A stretch of 32,000 bases of DNA from Rhizobium phage RHph_TM26: sequence record MN988465.1; one strand, written 5' to 3'. A model generated the notes under the pieces. It was not told the origin of the DNA. It worked only from the letters and a program-made list of their open reading frames with translations, and made no database searches. Each line of letters starts with the position of its first letter. The first letter of the stretch is position 1. Of the stretch, positions 7,135 to 16,056 are shown piece by piece. The translations under genes were made by a program, and so were the position numbers.

Positions 7135-9185
7135 AGAAACCGATTGTCGGCCAGCTACCGCTCTTTGAGCCGGTAAGCGAGTGGAAAGCCCCCTCAATGG
7201 CGGATCTTCCGACGTCCTGGGGTAACGGTCGCGTTGGGCTCGATACCGAGTTCAGAGACGATACGCTATCCACCCTCGGGCCGGGGGTTCGGCGGGGAGC
7301 CTACATCTGCGGGGTGTCCTTCGCGATGGAGGATGGCCCCGCCTTCTATCTCCCGGTTCGTCATGCCGGCGGCGGCAATATGGACCCCAATCAGGTATTC
7401 GCCTATCTGCGCCACCAGGCCAAGAATTTTACTGGCACCATCGTCGGCGCGAACCTTCAGACTGAAATCGACTTCCTCGCCGAGGAGGGCGTTGAGTTCT
7501 CCTGCTTGAGCTGGTTCCGCGATATCCAGGTGGCCGATCCTCTCATCAATGAGCTCCACTACAATTATAGCATGGAGCATATCGCCCAGCGCTGGGACAT
7601 GCCGGGGAAGAACGAGAACCTGCTGCTTGAAGCGCTCGCCGCCTACGGTTACACCGGACCGTCTGCCAAGGCCGGTATTTGGGCGTTGAAGGCTTCTCAG
7701 GTCGGACCCTACGCCGAGGATGACGCCCGGTTGCCACTGAAGATCCTACGGCGCCAGGAGCGCGTGATTGACGAGCAGGATCTGTGGGATATCTACAATC
7801 TTGAGAGCAAGGTGCTTCCCGTTCTTGTGAAAATGCGACGCAGAGGGGTCGCCGTCTCCACTGATAGACTTGACAAAGTCAATCAGTGGAGCCGCGTACA
7901 GCAACAAGAAGCTATCGACGCGGCCAACCACGGTATCGTCAACAAGCTCTCCTTCCACGACATTACGAATTCCAACAAGCTCGCCGTCGTCCTGCGTGAG
8001 CTCGGGGTCGATCTGCCCAAAACAAAGACCGGGAAAGACAGCGTGACGGGCGCGATCCTGGACAGTCTCTCCCACCCTATCGGCGCTCACCTACGACGGG
8101 CGAAGAAGATGAGCACCCTGCGCACGACGTTCGTTGACGGCGTGCGAAAGCATCTCACCAATGGCCGAGCCCACTGCACCTTCAATCAGCTGCGGCGGCA
8201 GAAGGACGACGGGTCAGGCGAGACCGAGGGCGCAGCCTACGGTCGCCTGTCTTCCTCCAACTTCAATTTCCAGAACCAACCAGCGCGAGATCCCGAGATT
8301 GGACCGCTGTGGCGATCCATCTATATCCCGGACGGGGATGGCCTTTGGGCAGCGCTCGACTACTCTCAGCAGGAGCCCCGTCAGGCCGTTCATGCCGCCG
8401 TGGAAGCCGGTCCCCGGCTGATCGGCAATTCGGCTTACCTATCCGCCTGCGAAGCCGCCCGCCGGTATCGGGAAGATCCCACGATGGACTTCCACGACAT
8501 GATGACCCGACTGATCCATGGCGAGAACTATCTTGAGCTTCACGGCAAAGCCGCGTTCTCGCAGAAGCGCAAATATGCCAAGCAGGTCTTCCTCGGGCTT
8601 TCCTACGGGATGGGTGGCGCGAAGCTGTGCCGGGATCTCGGTCTGCCGACGGCGTGGAAACTCTCTTGGAAGGACGGTCGGTCATGGAGATCGAAGCTCT
8701 ACAACACCTGGGATGAGTGCGTGGCGAAGGCCGACGACGCGAAGCGGGCCGGATACGAGTGCCGATATTGGGAAGCCGCCGGGGTCGAAGGTCAGGAGAT
8801 TATGGACACCTTCGACGGTCGCGTGCCGTTCGTCCGCAAGATGGCGTCGGTCATGCAGAAGGAAGCTGAGCAGAACGGATACATCATCACGCTCGGCGGT
8901 CGCCGGTGCCGGTTCCCCGAGAAGGACGGCGAATATGAATGGCTCCACAAGGCGTTCAACCGCAAGATCCAGGGCGGATCGGCGGATCAGACCAAGATGG
9001 CGATGGTGGAGATGGATGCCCAAGGCTATTATCTCCAGCTCCAGGTTCACGATGAAGTGGACGGCACGGTGTCGAGCGTTGAAGAGGCTCGGGCCGGGGC
9101 TGAGATCATGGAGAACGTTGTCCAGCTACACGTTCCGATGAAGGTGGACGTTGAGGTTGGCCCCTCATGGGGCGAAGCCGCCTAG
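7131..9185 (+). CDS. family A DNA polymerase (3'-5' exonuclease plus polymerase)
   Basis: Exo motif VGLDTEF; Exo III YAEDDARLPL; motif A ALDYSQQEPRQ; motif B KRKYAKQVFLGLSYGM; motif C LQVHDEVDG. Confidence 0.95.
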   Translation: MKKPIVGQLPLFEPVSEWKAPSMADLPTSWGNGRVGLDTEFRDDTLSTLGPGVRRGAYICGVSFAMEDGPAFYLPVRHAGGGNMDPNQVFAYLRHQAKNFTGTIVGANLQTEIDFLAEEGVEFSCLSWFRDIQVADPLINELHYNYSMEHIAQRWDMPGKNENLLLEALAAYGYTGPSAKAGIWALKASQVGPYAEDDARLPLKILRRQERVIDEQDLWDIYNLESKVLPVLVKMRRRGVAVSTDRLDKVNQWSRVQQQEAIDAANHGIVNKLSFHDITNSNKLAVVLRELGVDLPKTKTGKDSVTGAILDSLSHPIGAHLRRAKKMSTLRTTFVDGVRKHLTNGRAHCTFNQLRRQKDDGSGETEGAAYGRLSSSNFNFQNQPARDPEIGPLWRSIYIPDGDGLWAALDYSQQEPRQAVHAAVEAGPRLIGNSAYLSACEAARRYREDPTMDFHDMMTRLIHGENYLELHGKAAFSQKRKYAKQVFLGLSYGMGGAKLCRDLGLPTAWKLSWKDGRSWRSKLYNTWDECVAKADDAKRAGYECRYWEAAGVEGQEIMDTFDGRVPFVRKMASVMQKEAEQNGYIITLGGRRCRFPEKDGEYEWLHKAFNRKIQGGSADQTKMAMVEMDAQGYYLQLQVHDEVDGTVSSVEEARAGAEIMENVVQLHVPMKVDVEVGPSWGEAA

Positions 9186-9218
9186 CAAATGAATAATCTT
9201 TCCCCGGTCCCCCGGGGC

Positions 9219-9246
9219 GGATAGCTTACGGATCTCAGAAAGGGAG
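9219..9246 (+). promoter_or_regulatory. intergenic repeated motif, copy B
   Basis: GGATAGCTTACGGATCTCAGAAAGGGAG; same as 2539-2566 outside the N4 spacer apart from one A/G difference; preceded by the inverted repeat CCCCGG(9202-9207)/CCGGGG(9212-9217). Confidence 0.55.
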
Positions 9247-9252
9247 AATCAC

Positions 9253-9681
9253 GTGGATCGCCTCAATCATGAATATTACCGCAGGCTTGCGCTCTCAGAG
9301 AGCTGCCTCAGCGACGACCCCTCAACCAAGGTCGGCGCGGTCGTCGCCTTCGGTCCCCGGTATCATTGGACCGGTCGCAATCACCTCCTGGAGGGTACGC
9401 CGAAGGAATACTGGAACGACCGGGAGAAAAAATACAAGTTTGTCGTTCACGCCGAGTTTGACGCGATCCGTTCAGCCGCCTTCGGGGTCTACGGGGCGAC
9501 CCTCTTCTGCACCGCTCACCCCTGTAAGGAATGCGCCAAGATTATCGTCGCGTCCGGCATCCGGTGCGTCGTCTGCCCCGAGGAGCCCTGGCGCGACGAT
9601 CCCGCCGTCATCGCAACCGTCAACGATGCCAAGGAGATCTTTCAGACCTGCGGCATCGCAACAGTTTATCAGAAGGACTGA
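9253..9681 (+). CDS. dCMP deaminase
   Basis: Zn-deaminase motifs VVHAEFDAI and CTAHPCKECAKIIVASGI; GTG start with GGGAG SD. Confidence 0.9.
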   Translation: MDRLNHEYYRRLALSESCLSDDPSTKVGAVVAFGPRYHWTGRNHLLEGTPKEYWNDREKKYKFVVHAEFDAIRSAAFGVYGATLFCTAHPCKECAKIIVASGIRCVVCPEEPWRDDPAVIATVNDAKEIFQTCGIATVYQKD

Positions 9682-9683
9682 CC

Positions 9684-10070
9684 ATGTTCATCCGAGAATA
9701 TCAAGCCCGCGTCCTCGCCTGGATGGAGCGAGCCTTCAGCCCGACGACCGTCAAGAACCCCCGGGAACGGGCGTTCCGGTTCCTTGAGGAGAGCCTGGAG
9801 CTGTTCCAGAGCCTTGATTGTACGCGGGAGGAAGCAATCACCCTGGTCGATTACGTCTTTGGGCGCTCCAGGGGCTTGATCTATCAAGAAGTTGGCGGCG
9901 TAAGCCTCACGCTCGCTGCGCTCTGCTCCTCGGCGGGGATTGATCTCTCCAACGCGGCTCACGATGAGCTTACCCGAGTGAGCAGCCCCGAGGTGATAGA
10001 GAAGATCCGCGCCAAGCGAGCCGGTCGGGTCGTCCCGGGAGACTACGCCGGGGAGCCGGATGCCAAGTGA
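9684..10070 (+). CDS. MazG-like nucleotide pyrophosphohydrolase-type protein
   Basis: RAFRFLEESLELFQSL...EVGGVSLTLAALCSSAGIDLSNAAHDEL; start at ATG 9684. Confidence 0.6.
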   Translation: MFIREYQARVLAWMERAFSPTTVKNPRERAFRFLEESLELFQSLDCTREEAITLVDYVFGRSRGLIYQEVGGVSLTLAALCSSAGIDLSNAAHDELTRVSSPEVIEKIRAKRAGRVVPGDYAGEPDAK

Positions 10071-10473
10071 AGCTCAAATGTGGACCCGCCTGCGACCGTA
10101 TATGGTCGGCTTGGGCATGGATCCACTGCGTGTTGAGAACCGGGTTCACGCCGGCACTCCTGACGTCAATTTCGTTGAGGGCTGGGCCGAGCTGAAGCAT
10201 ACCGACCGATGGCCCAAACGAGGAGGGCCGTTGAGGCTCGTTCACCCGCCGACCCCTCAGCAGATCGTCTGGGGAGAGCGCCGGTGGGGATCGGGCGGGA
10301 ATACCTGGCTGGTGCTTCGCGTCGGTCAAGAATGGTACGTGTTTGCCGGCAATCGGCTGAATGAGCTTTGGGGCGGCGGACGAGCGCCGACCAAGGCAGA
10401 GATAGAAGATGCGGCGGCTCACTCCTCGGTCCATCCGAGGTTTGTTGCTGAATTCCTAAAGGCAGGCAGATGA
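10060..10473 (+). CDS. VRR-NUC-like (PD-(D/E)XK) nuclease
   Basis: ENRVHAGTPDVNFVEGWAELKHTD matches the GxPD...ExK layout. Confidence 0.6.
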   Translation: MPSEAQMWTRLRPYMVGLGMDPLRVENRVHAGTPDVNFVEGWAELKHTDRWPKRGGPLRLVHPPTPQQIVWGERRWGSGGNTWLVLRVGQEWYVFAGNRLNELWGGGRAPTKAEIEDAAAHSSVHPRFVAEFLKAGR

Positions 10474-12830
10474 TTAAGGGCAATACCTCGGAAGCAATTC
10501 AATTCCTCCAGGCCTGGATGCCGAGCGATCCCTGGCAGCTGACCGCTATCGTACCGGACGGACGTGTCACGACCATCACCCTGGAGGGCGATGACCGGGT
10601 CACGAGGGCTCGCAAGTGGATTGAAGAACGGAACGGGCGGGAAAACATCTATTTCACCGTCAACCCGCTCATGGTCGCGAAGTCCGTCAAGGCGTCGAAG
10701 ACCGATATCCGGGGGATGATGTGTCTACACGTGGACCTTGATCCGAGGCCGGGGGAGGATCTTGACGCCGAGCGGGAGCGGGCTGAGAGATTACTACGAG
10801 AATTCAAACCCGCCCCCACAATCATTATTGATTCCGGGGGCGGGTTTCAGGGCTTCTGGCTGCTTGATCGAGAACAAACAACCAACGGCTCGGAAGAGAA
10901 AGCCGCCGAGCTGGAAGCCTACAACCTCCAGATTGAAGTCCTCCTCGGCGCTGACAGCTGCCACAATATCGACCGCATCATGCGGCTCCCCGGCACCGTC
11001 AACCTACCGAACGAGAAGAAGCGCAAGAAGGGTCGAATAGAGCGCCTGGCGACCATCGTTGACGCCGATTGGGAGCGCGTTTACCGCCTTGGGCAATTCA
11101 CCCCCGCTCCCCGGGTCCAGAGCCGGGAGCCGACCGGAAGCGGTCCGCAGGTCAAGATATCCGGCAACCTACCGTCGATCATGCTTGAGGATCTCCCGCC
11201 GGGGGTGTCGTCCCGAACAAAAGCTCTGATCGTGAATGGTACAGACGTCGATGACCCTGGGCGATACCCCTCACGATCTGAGGTTTTGTTCGCCGTTCTC
11301 TGCGAGATGATCCGAGGCGGCTGTACTGACGACCAGATCGCCGCCGTCATTATGGACCCGGACTACAAGATCAGCAATCACGTCCTTGAGCAGCCCAGAC
11401 CGCAATCCTACGTGGCGCGGCAGATCCAGAGGGCTCACGAGGAAGCGATTGACCCCTGGCTTCGCAAACTGAACGAGGCTCACGCCGTGATCGAAGATAT
11501 CGGCGGGCGGTGCCGGGTCATATCCGAGGTGATGGATTATTCCCTCAATCGCACCCGGATCTCCCGCCAATCTTTCGATGACTTCCGCAACCGCTACATG
11601 CATATCAACACCGTCGTCGGCGTTGACAAGGACGGGAATGAAGTCAAAATGCCCGTCGGAAAATGGTGGCTCCTCAACGGCGCTCGGCGCCAGTATAGGA
11701 CGATCATGTTCGCGCCCGGCAAAGAAGTCCCTGATAGCTACAATCTCTGGACCGGCTTCGCTTGTGAAGCCCGACCCGGCGACTGCTCAAAGCTGCTGGA
11801 TCACATCCACGTTAACGTCTGCTCAGGCAACAGCGATTACTCGGAATATTTGATCAATTGGATGGCCCGCTGCGTCCAGCACCCGGATAGCCCGGGGATG
11901 GTCGCCGTCATCCTTCGGGGGAGAATGGGCGTTGGTAAGTCATTCGTCATCAAGGCATTCGGATCTCTTTGGGGCCGTCACTTCCTACAGGTATCTGACC
12001 CTAAGCATCTCGTCGGATCGTTCAACGCTCACTTGCGAGATTGCGTGGTCCTATTCGGGGACGAGGCTTTCTATGCGGGCGACAAGAAGCATGAAAGCAT
12101 TCTCAAGACGATGGTCACTGAAGAGACGATCATGATTGAGGGTAAGGGCGTGGACGCCGAGATTGCGCCGAACTACGTCCACCTGATGATGGCTTCGAAC
12201 GGTGAATGGGTTGTTCCAGCCGGGGTCGATGACCGAAGGTTCTTTGTATTGGATGTGGGCTCCGGTCGCATGCAAAACAAAGAATACTTTTCAGAGATCC
12301 AACAGCAGCTCGATAATGGGGGACGCGAGGCATTCCTCCACTACCTGATGACGAAAGATCTCAGCGGTTTTGAAGTGAGACATTACCCCAAGACGACTGC
12401 CCTACAAGACCAGAAGGTCTTGTCCATGTCTCCGGAAGAGCAGTGGTGGTTCGAAAAGCTCGTGGACGGAACGCTTCAAGGCGATAGCTGGGCCGGGGAA
12501 GTGCCTAAAGGCGAGATCCAACGGGATTACATCAACTATGCTTCGCGGCAGAAGGTGATGCGCCCCGCCACGCCCACAGGCCTGGGCAAATTCCTTCAGC
12601 GGGTTCTCCCGGCTCAATACCCTCGGGCGTTCCAGAAGATGGGGGAAATTGAATATCAGGACGGTCGGACCGGTCAGCCGATCTACAAGCGCGCCAAGAT
12701 CTGGTGCTACGAATTCCCGAACCTTGAGCAGGCTCGGGCTTATTGGGATGAGCGCTTTGGCGGGCCTTATTCCTGGCCGAAGATCGCCGACAACCTAGAC
12801 GACAACAAGGATTCAGACACCCCGTTCTGA
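10470..12830 (+). CDS. primase-helicase (RepB/AEP-like primase domain plus SF3/DUF5906-like helicase)
   Basis: MMCLHVDLDPRPGED and IIIDSGGGFQGFWLL in the primase part; GRMGVGKSFVIKAFGSLWG Walker A, CVVLFGDEAF Walker B, MMASNGEWVVPAGVDDRRFFVLDV in the helicase part. Confidence 0.9.
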   Translation: MIKGNTSEAIQFLQAWMPSDPWQLTAIVPDGRVTTITLEGDDRVTRARKWIEERNGRENIYFTVNPLMVAKSVKASKTDIRGMMCLHVDLDPRPGEDLDAERERAERLLREFKPAPTIIIDSGGGFQGFWLLDREQTTNGSEEKAAELEAYNLQIEVLLGADSCHNIDRIMRLPGTVNLPNEKKRKKGRIERLATIVDADWERVYRLGQFTPAPRVQSREPTGSGPQVKISGNLPSIMLEDLPPGVSSRTKALIVNGTDVDDPGRYPSRSEVLFAVLCEMIRGGCTDDQIAAVIMDPDYKISNHVLEQPRPQSYVARQIQRAHEEAIDPWLRKLNEAHAVIEDIGGRCRVISEVMDYSLNRTRISRQSFDDFRNRYMHINTVVGVDKDGNEVKMPVGKWWLLNGARRQYRTIMFAPGKEVPDSYNLWTGFACEARPGDCSKLLDHIHVNVCSGNSDYSEYLINWMARCVQHPDSPGMVAVILRGRMGVGKSFVIKAFGSLWGRHFLQVSDPKHLVGSFNAHLRDCVVLFGDEAFYAGDKKHESILKTMVTEETIMIEGKGVDAEIAPNYVHLMMASNGEWVVPAGVDDRRFFVLDVGSGRMQNKEYFSEIQQQLDNGGREAFLHYLMTKDLSGFEVRHYPKTTALQDQKVLSMSPEEQWWFEKLVDGTLQGDSWAGEVPKGEIQRDYINYASRQKVMRPATPTGLGKFLQRVLPAQYPRAFQKMGEIEYQDGRTGQPIYKRAKIWCYEFPNLEQARAYWDERFGGPYSWPKIADNLDDNKDSDTPF

Positions 12831-12849
12831 GCAAGAAAAGGAGCATGAA

Positions 12850-13503
12850 ATGGAAGAGCTTAAAGGCAGAGAAACCGCTCAAGGCCGGATCAACCGACTG
12901 GCGACGGCTCTCAACATCGCCCTCCCAATGGACGCAACGTTGCGCGTCTTTTCGACCGGGACGCGGGTGGAGATCCGACCGGCGAACGGGAACTATTATG
13001 ATCCGGGGCTCGATCAGGTCGCCGAATTTGCGAAGGCGTTCGATGCATATGTGGGAGATGAACCGAAGATCCCGCCGGTAGGGGGTATAGCGCAAGGGAT
13101 GATCTCCAAATACGCGGCGACCGCAGCCGGTATGGCCGAGCTTTTGAAGCAGGGAGCAGCAGCAGCGACCGTCGCAGGCGATCCCGGTGGAGCCCTTCTC
13201 CTCATCCGTCTTCAGCTCTGCCAGGAGGAGTTAGCCGAGCTGGCAGAAGCCATCGCCGAGCGCGATATCGTCGGCGCGCTGGACGCTCTTGTGGATATGT
13301 CCTACGTCGGTGACGGCACATATCTTACGCTGGGCCTCGGGCCGTATAAGCTCGCCGGGTATGCTGAAGTTCACCGGTCGAATATGTCGAAGCTAGGCGA
13401 TGATGGCACTCCCATCCTCAGCGAGGCTGGGAGGGTCGTCAAAGGTCCGAACTATACCCCGCCGGATCTCGCGTCTGTTTTGGGCCTAACCAAGGAGGGG
13501 TGA
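12850..13503 (+). CDS. phosphoribosyl-ATP pyrophosphohydrolase/MazG-like protein
   Basis: LLIRLQLCQEELAELAEAIAERDIVGALDALVDMSYVGDGTYLTLGL...EVHRSNMSKL...GRVVKGPNYTPPDL; all-alpha NTP-PPase layout. Confidence 0.8.
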   Translation: MEELKGRETAQGRINRLATALNIALPMDATLRVFSTGTRVEIRPANGNYYDPGLDQVAEFAKAFDAYVGDEPKIPPVGGIAQGMISKYAATAAGMAELLKQGAAAATVAGDPGGALLLIRLQLCQEELAELAEAIAERDIVGALDALVDMSYVGDGTYLTLGLGPYKLAGYAEVHRSNMSKLGDDGTPILSEAGRVVKGPNYTPPDLASVLGLTKEG

Positions 13504-13608
13504 ATGGCTCCTCCTTGGGTCCTCGCATCTATCGTCGTATCAATCGTAATCGTGGCGGTTTGTTGGGTTATCTTCCTGTACGTGATTTCCCGACCACCTA
13601 AATTGTAA
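13504..13608 (+). CDS. 34-aa single-TM membrane peptide
   Basis: MAPPWVLASIVVSIVIVAVCWVIFLYVISRPPKL; starts directly after the upstream stop; below the ORF-track size cutoff. Confidence 0.45.
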   Translation: MAPPWVLASIVVSIVIVAVCWVIFLYVISRPPKL

Positions 13609-13620
13609 AGGAACAAACAA

Positions 13621-14382
13621 ATGGACGCTATGCTTGATCTGGAGACGCTTTCGACGTCTCCCCGGCCCGTTATTCTCACGATTGGGCTTTGCGCTTTCGA
13701 CCCAGAAGGGACCGGCCTTGCCGGCCCCAGCATCGAGCTTCAGATCAACCCGGACGACGGGATCAAGGCGGGGTTAGATGTGGACTGGTCAACGGTCTAT
13801 TTCTGGATGACCCAAAGCAAGGAAGCCCAAGAAGGGCTCCCGCGTCCGGGGCTCGGGTTGAGCCTACCGATGGCGCTTCAGCTGGTCGTCAACTGGTTCC
13901 GGACTAACAAGATTGAACATGTCTGGTCGAATGGGGCCTCAGCCGACGTCCCCTGGCTGGAAAGCTCGTTCCGGGCGGTCGGTATGAAGGTGCCCTGGGG
14001 CTATAGCAAGGTGCTGGACGTCCGGACGCTGAAGTGGATCACTTGCGGGAACGTCGAAAAGCGCGCGCCCGAGATTGCTCACAACTGCCTGAGCGATGCT
14101 CAGGCACAGGCACTCTGGGTTCAGGATATGATGAGGGTTGCGAAGGGGGCTCCCCGGGAGGAGGAGAGGGAGCCCCCGAAGACCGAGGCGGGAGGAGCGG
14201 CCCCGGCTGAATCGACCGTAGACGCGCCGCAGGCTGACGTCAATGATCGTCCAGTGGTCGGCGAGGAGGTTCGATTGGTTCCTCGGCGTCAGGACCAACT
14301 CACCGGGAAATGGTACGACGATCCAGAGCCGGTGAAGCGGACCCATCCGATGCTTTACGATGGTCCAGTTTATTCCGGATAA
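13621..14382 (+). CDS. DnaQ/Rv2179c-like 3'-5' exonuclease
   Basis: MDAMLDLETLSTSPRPVILTIGLCAFDP and VWSNGASADVPWLESSFRAVGMKVPW...LDVRTL. Confidence 0.85.
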   Translation: MDAMLDLETLSTSPRPVILTIGLCAFDPEGTGLAGPSIELQINPDDGIKAGLDVDWSTVYFWMTQSKEAQEGLPRPGLGLSLPMALQLVVNWFRTNKIEHVWSNGASADVPWLESSFRAVGMKVPWGYSKVLDVRTLKWITCGNVEKRAPEIAHNCLSDAQAQALWVQDMMRVAKGAPREEEREPPKTEAGGAAPAESTVDAPQADVNDRPVVGEEVRLVPRRQDQLTGKWYDDPEPVKRTHPMLYDGPVYSG

Positions 14383-14408
14383 AAGTTGCTTCAACCCTCT
14401 TTACTTCA

Positions 14409-14442
14409 CCGGGGATAGGGTCTAAGTTGGCTTTATCCCCGG
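14409..14442. promoter_or_regulatory. perfect 9-bp inverted repeat CCGGGGATA / TATCCCCGG in an intergenic gap
   Basis: Arms 14409-14417 and 14434-14442; followed by GGCTTAGAAATGGAG, reminiscent of the copy A/B element. Confidence 0.4.
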
Positions 14443-14473
14443 GGTCGTCTCGGCTTAGAAATGGAGCACTACA

Positions 14474-14761
14474 ATGTCGAAACTGTCAGATGCTATTCTT
14501 GAGGTTCTCCTCGCTTCCGGCGGTAAATTCCAGGAGATCGGCGGCAAGCCTTTCGAAGCGATCACCGAAACCGATCTCATGACCGGTCTTCGCGAGCGCG
14601 GCTGGAAGCTTCCCCCGGCGGGCTATTTCCTTTCCGAGGTACGGGACGAAGGCTTCAAGGTCACTCAGGGCCAGAATTTTCGCGGTAAGGTCAAGAGGGT
14701 CTACGACGACGGCACTCAAGGCCGGACCCTCGCCGCTTTCAACACAATCATCTATCTTTGA
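14474..14761 (+). CDS. hypothetical protein (95 aa)
   Basis: ORF with upstream ATGGAG SD; MSKLSDAILEVLLASGGKFQEIGGKPFEAITETD... Confidence 0.75.
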   Translation: MSKLSDAILEVLLASGGKFQEIGGKPFEAITETDLMTGLRERGWKLPPAGYFLSEVRDEGFKVTQGQNFRGKVKRVYDDGTQGRTLAAFNTIIYL

Positions 14762-14788
14762 GATCAGTTAGCTCAAGGAGCTTAAATT

Positions 14789-15031
14789 ATGAAGATCCAC
14801 GTTTTCAAATACACCTCGGGTCTGTCTCAGATCAAGATTGAGGAAGGGTCCAGGAGCCGATTGCTCCTGGACGGGGCGACCGGGAGGGCGTGGCAAGGTC
14901 ACACGACCGAGCTTAGCCAGGTCGTCAACGCGCTCCAGGGCTGGGATAAGATGAAGATTGCTGGCCTGGTCACCGGGATCGACCCCGGCGAGGCTATCAG
15001 CCAAGCCGGCACTTGGTATGGGGAGGTTTAA
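14789..15031 (+). CDS. hypothetical protein (80 aa)
   Basis: ORF with AAGGAG SD upstream. Confidence 0.7.
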   Translation: MKIHVFKYTSGLSQIKIEEGSRSRLLLDGATGRAWQGHTTELSQVVNALQGWDKMKIAGLVTGIDPGEAISQAGTWYGEV

Positions 15032-15033
15032 CC

Positions 15034-15168
15034 ATGAATACAAAAATCGCGTGGATCGCCCTCGCAGCCTCGGTCGCCGTCCTTGTTTGGGCGATCTTCG
15101 CCGACCATTCGATGGGAAAGTGCCTTGAAACCCACTCGCAGGAAGTCTGCGTCAATCAACTTAGATAA
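15034..15168 (+). CDS. 44-aa membrane peptide
   Basis: GGGGAGG SD then ATG 15034; MNTKIAWIALAASVAVLVWAIFADHSMGKCLETHSQEVCVNQLR; N-terminal TM or signal-like segment. Confidence 0.5.
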   Translation: MNTKIAWIALAASVAVLVWAIFADHSMGKCLETHSQEVCVNQLR

Positions 15169-15192
15169 CGCGCCGAAGGAGCGCTAATAGAG

Positions 15193-15303
15193 ATGGCTTA
15201 CGAGATCGTAAACGACCTAGTGCACGCTTACCCCTGGACGGCGCTTGCCGCAAGCGGGTACGCCTTCCTGCTGTACGCTGCTTCAGCGATCTGGAGGATT
15301 TGA
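15193..15303 (+). CDS. 36-aa membrane peptide
   Basis: MAYEIVNDLVHAYPWTALAASGYAFLLYAASAIWRI; hydrophobic C-terminal half; immediately upstream of ORF 15305. Confidence 0.4.
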   Translation: MAYEIVNDLVHAYPWTALAASGYAFLLYAASAIWRI

Positions 15304-15304
15304 C

Positions 15305-15511
15305 ATGTTCCTGATCATAAACGAACACAACCGGGCGGTCGTCCTTGCGGGCGATATCCGCAAATACGCTATCCCGGTCACGCCGAATAGCGCCAAGCGG
15401 TTCCCGTCGCGGTCATACGCCGAGGCAGTGCTCAGCGCGCTTCGTTCCACTACGGGCTTCGCTGGTCGCGTCATCGACGCCCAGGACGCCTTTGACTTGG
15501 GAGTTTATTGA
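15305..15511 (+). CDS. hypothetical protein (68 aa)
   Basis: MFLIINEHNRAVVLAGDIRKYAIPV...; start at ATG 15305 inside track ORF 15245-15511. Confidence 0.6.
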   Translation: MFLIINEHNRAVVLAGDIRKYAIPVTPNSAKRFPSRSYAEAVLSALRSTTGFAGRVIDAQDAFDLGVY

Positions 15512-15634
15512 ATGCTCCCCCTTCTCTGGAACTACGATGCCCACCCCTACCTCACCTGCCTCGCGATCTATCTGGTGATTTGCGTCGCGTCGGCGCTGAA
15601 GCTCGTGACGATGTACAAGGAGAATGTGGAATGA
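15512..15634 (+). CDS. 40-aa membrane peptide
   Basis: MLPLLWNYDAHPYLTCLAIYLVICVASALKLVTMYKENVE; stop overlaps the next start (ATGA). Confidence 0.5.
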   Translation: MLPLLWNYDAHPYLTCLAIYLVICVASALKLVTMYKENVE

Positions 15635-15858
15635 CCGAATATACCGAAAAGCAGAAAGCCTTCATCAAGAAACTCCGGGGCGTCGATTGGTGGGCCTGTA
15701 TGTCCGATGACGGCGGGGTCGCCCGCCGGGGCGAGGCTCATGAAGCTTCCGTCCGTAGGGAGGGGGAAGCCGACCCCGAGCTTAAAGGAATGTACGGTCG
15801 ATACCGCGATTGGGTCACTCGTAAGATCCCCGAAGATCCCTTTGCCGGGGTCGAATAA
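15631..15858 (+). CDS. hypothetical protein (75 aa)
   Basis: MTEYTEKQKAFIKKLRGVDWWACMSDDGGVARRGEAHEASV...; last gene before the terminator. Confidence 0.65.
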   Translation: MTEYTEKQKAFIKKLRGVDWWACMSDDGGVARRGEAHEASVRREGEADPELKGMYGRYRDWVTRKIPEDPFAGVE

Positions 15859-15871
15859 AGCCCTCACCGAG

Positions 15872-15901
15872 AGCCCCCTTCATGGGGGCTTTTTCTTTCT
15901 T
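15872..15901 (+). terminator. rho-independent terminator
   Basis: Perfect stem AGCCCCC(15872-15878)/GGGGGCT(15884-15890), 5-nt loop, then TTTTCTTTCTT. Confidence 0.85.
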
Positions 15902-15940
15902 AGGGGAGCCCAAAGCGGGTAAGATTTGAGGTGGTTTTTC

Positions 15941-16056
15941 TCGGGTTAAGGTAAGACGGAGTTAAAGTAAAACATTAAGTTGCGAGCAACAGATTGGTTT
16001 TCCGTCTTAACTTAGAGCTTGCGCCGTCTTAGGTAAAAATAGCAAGTTAAGACGCA
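15941..16056. repeat. cluster of four TAAGACG elements in alternating orientation
   Basis: TAAGACGGA 15952-15960 (+), TCCGTCTTA 16001-16009 (-), CGTCTTA 16025-16031 (-), TAAGACG 16048-16054 (+); a small GTTGC-GA-GCAAC hairpin at 15979-15990 is nested within. Confidence 0.6.

Noticed and set aside
8134-9141. Two + strand ORFs (8134-8421 and 8518-9141) overlapping the DNA polymerase in another frame
   Set aside because: Polymerase motifs A, B and C all lie in the frame of 7131-9185; the alternatives are Arg/Ser-rich and motif-free.
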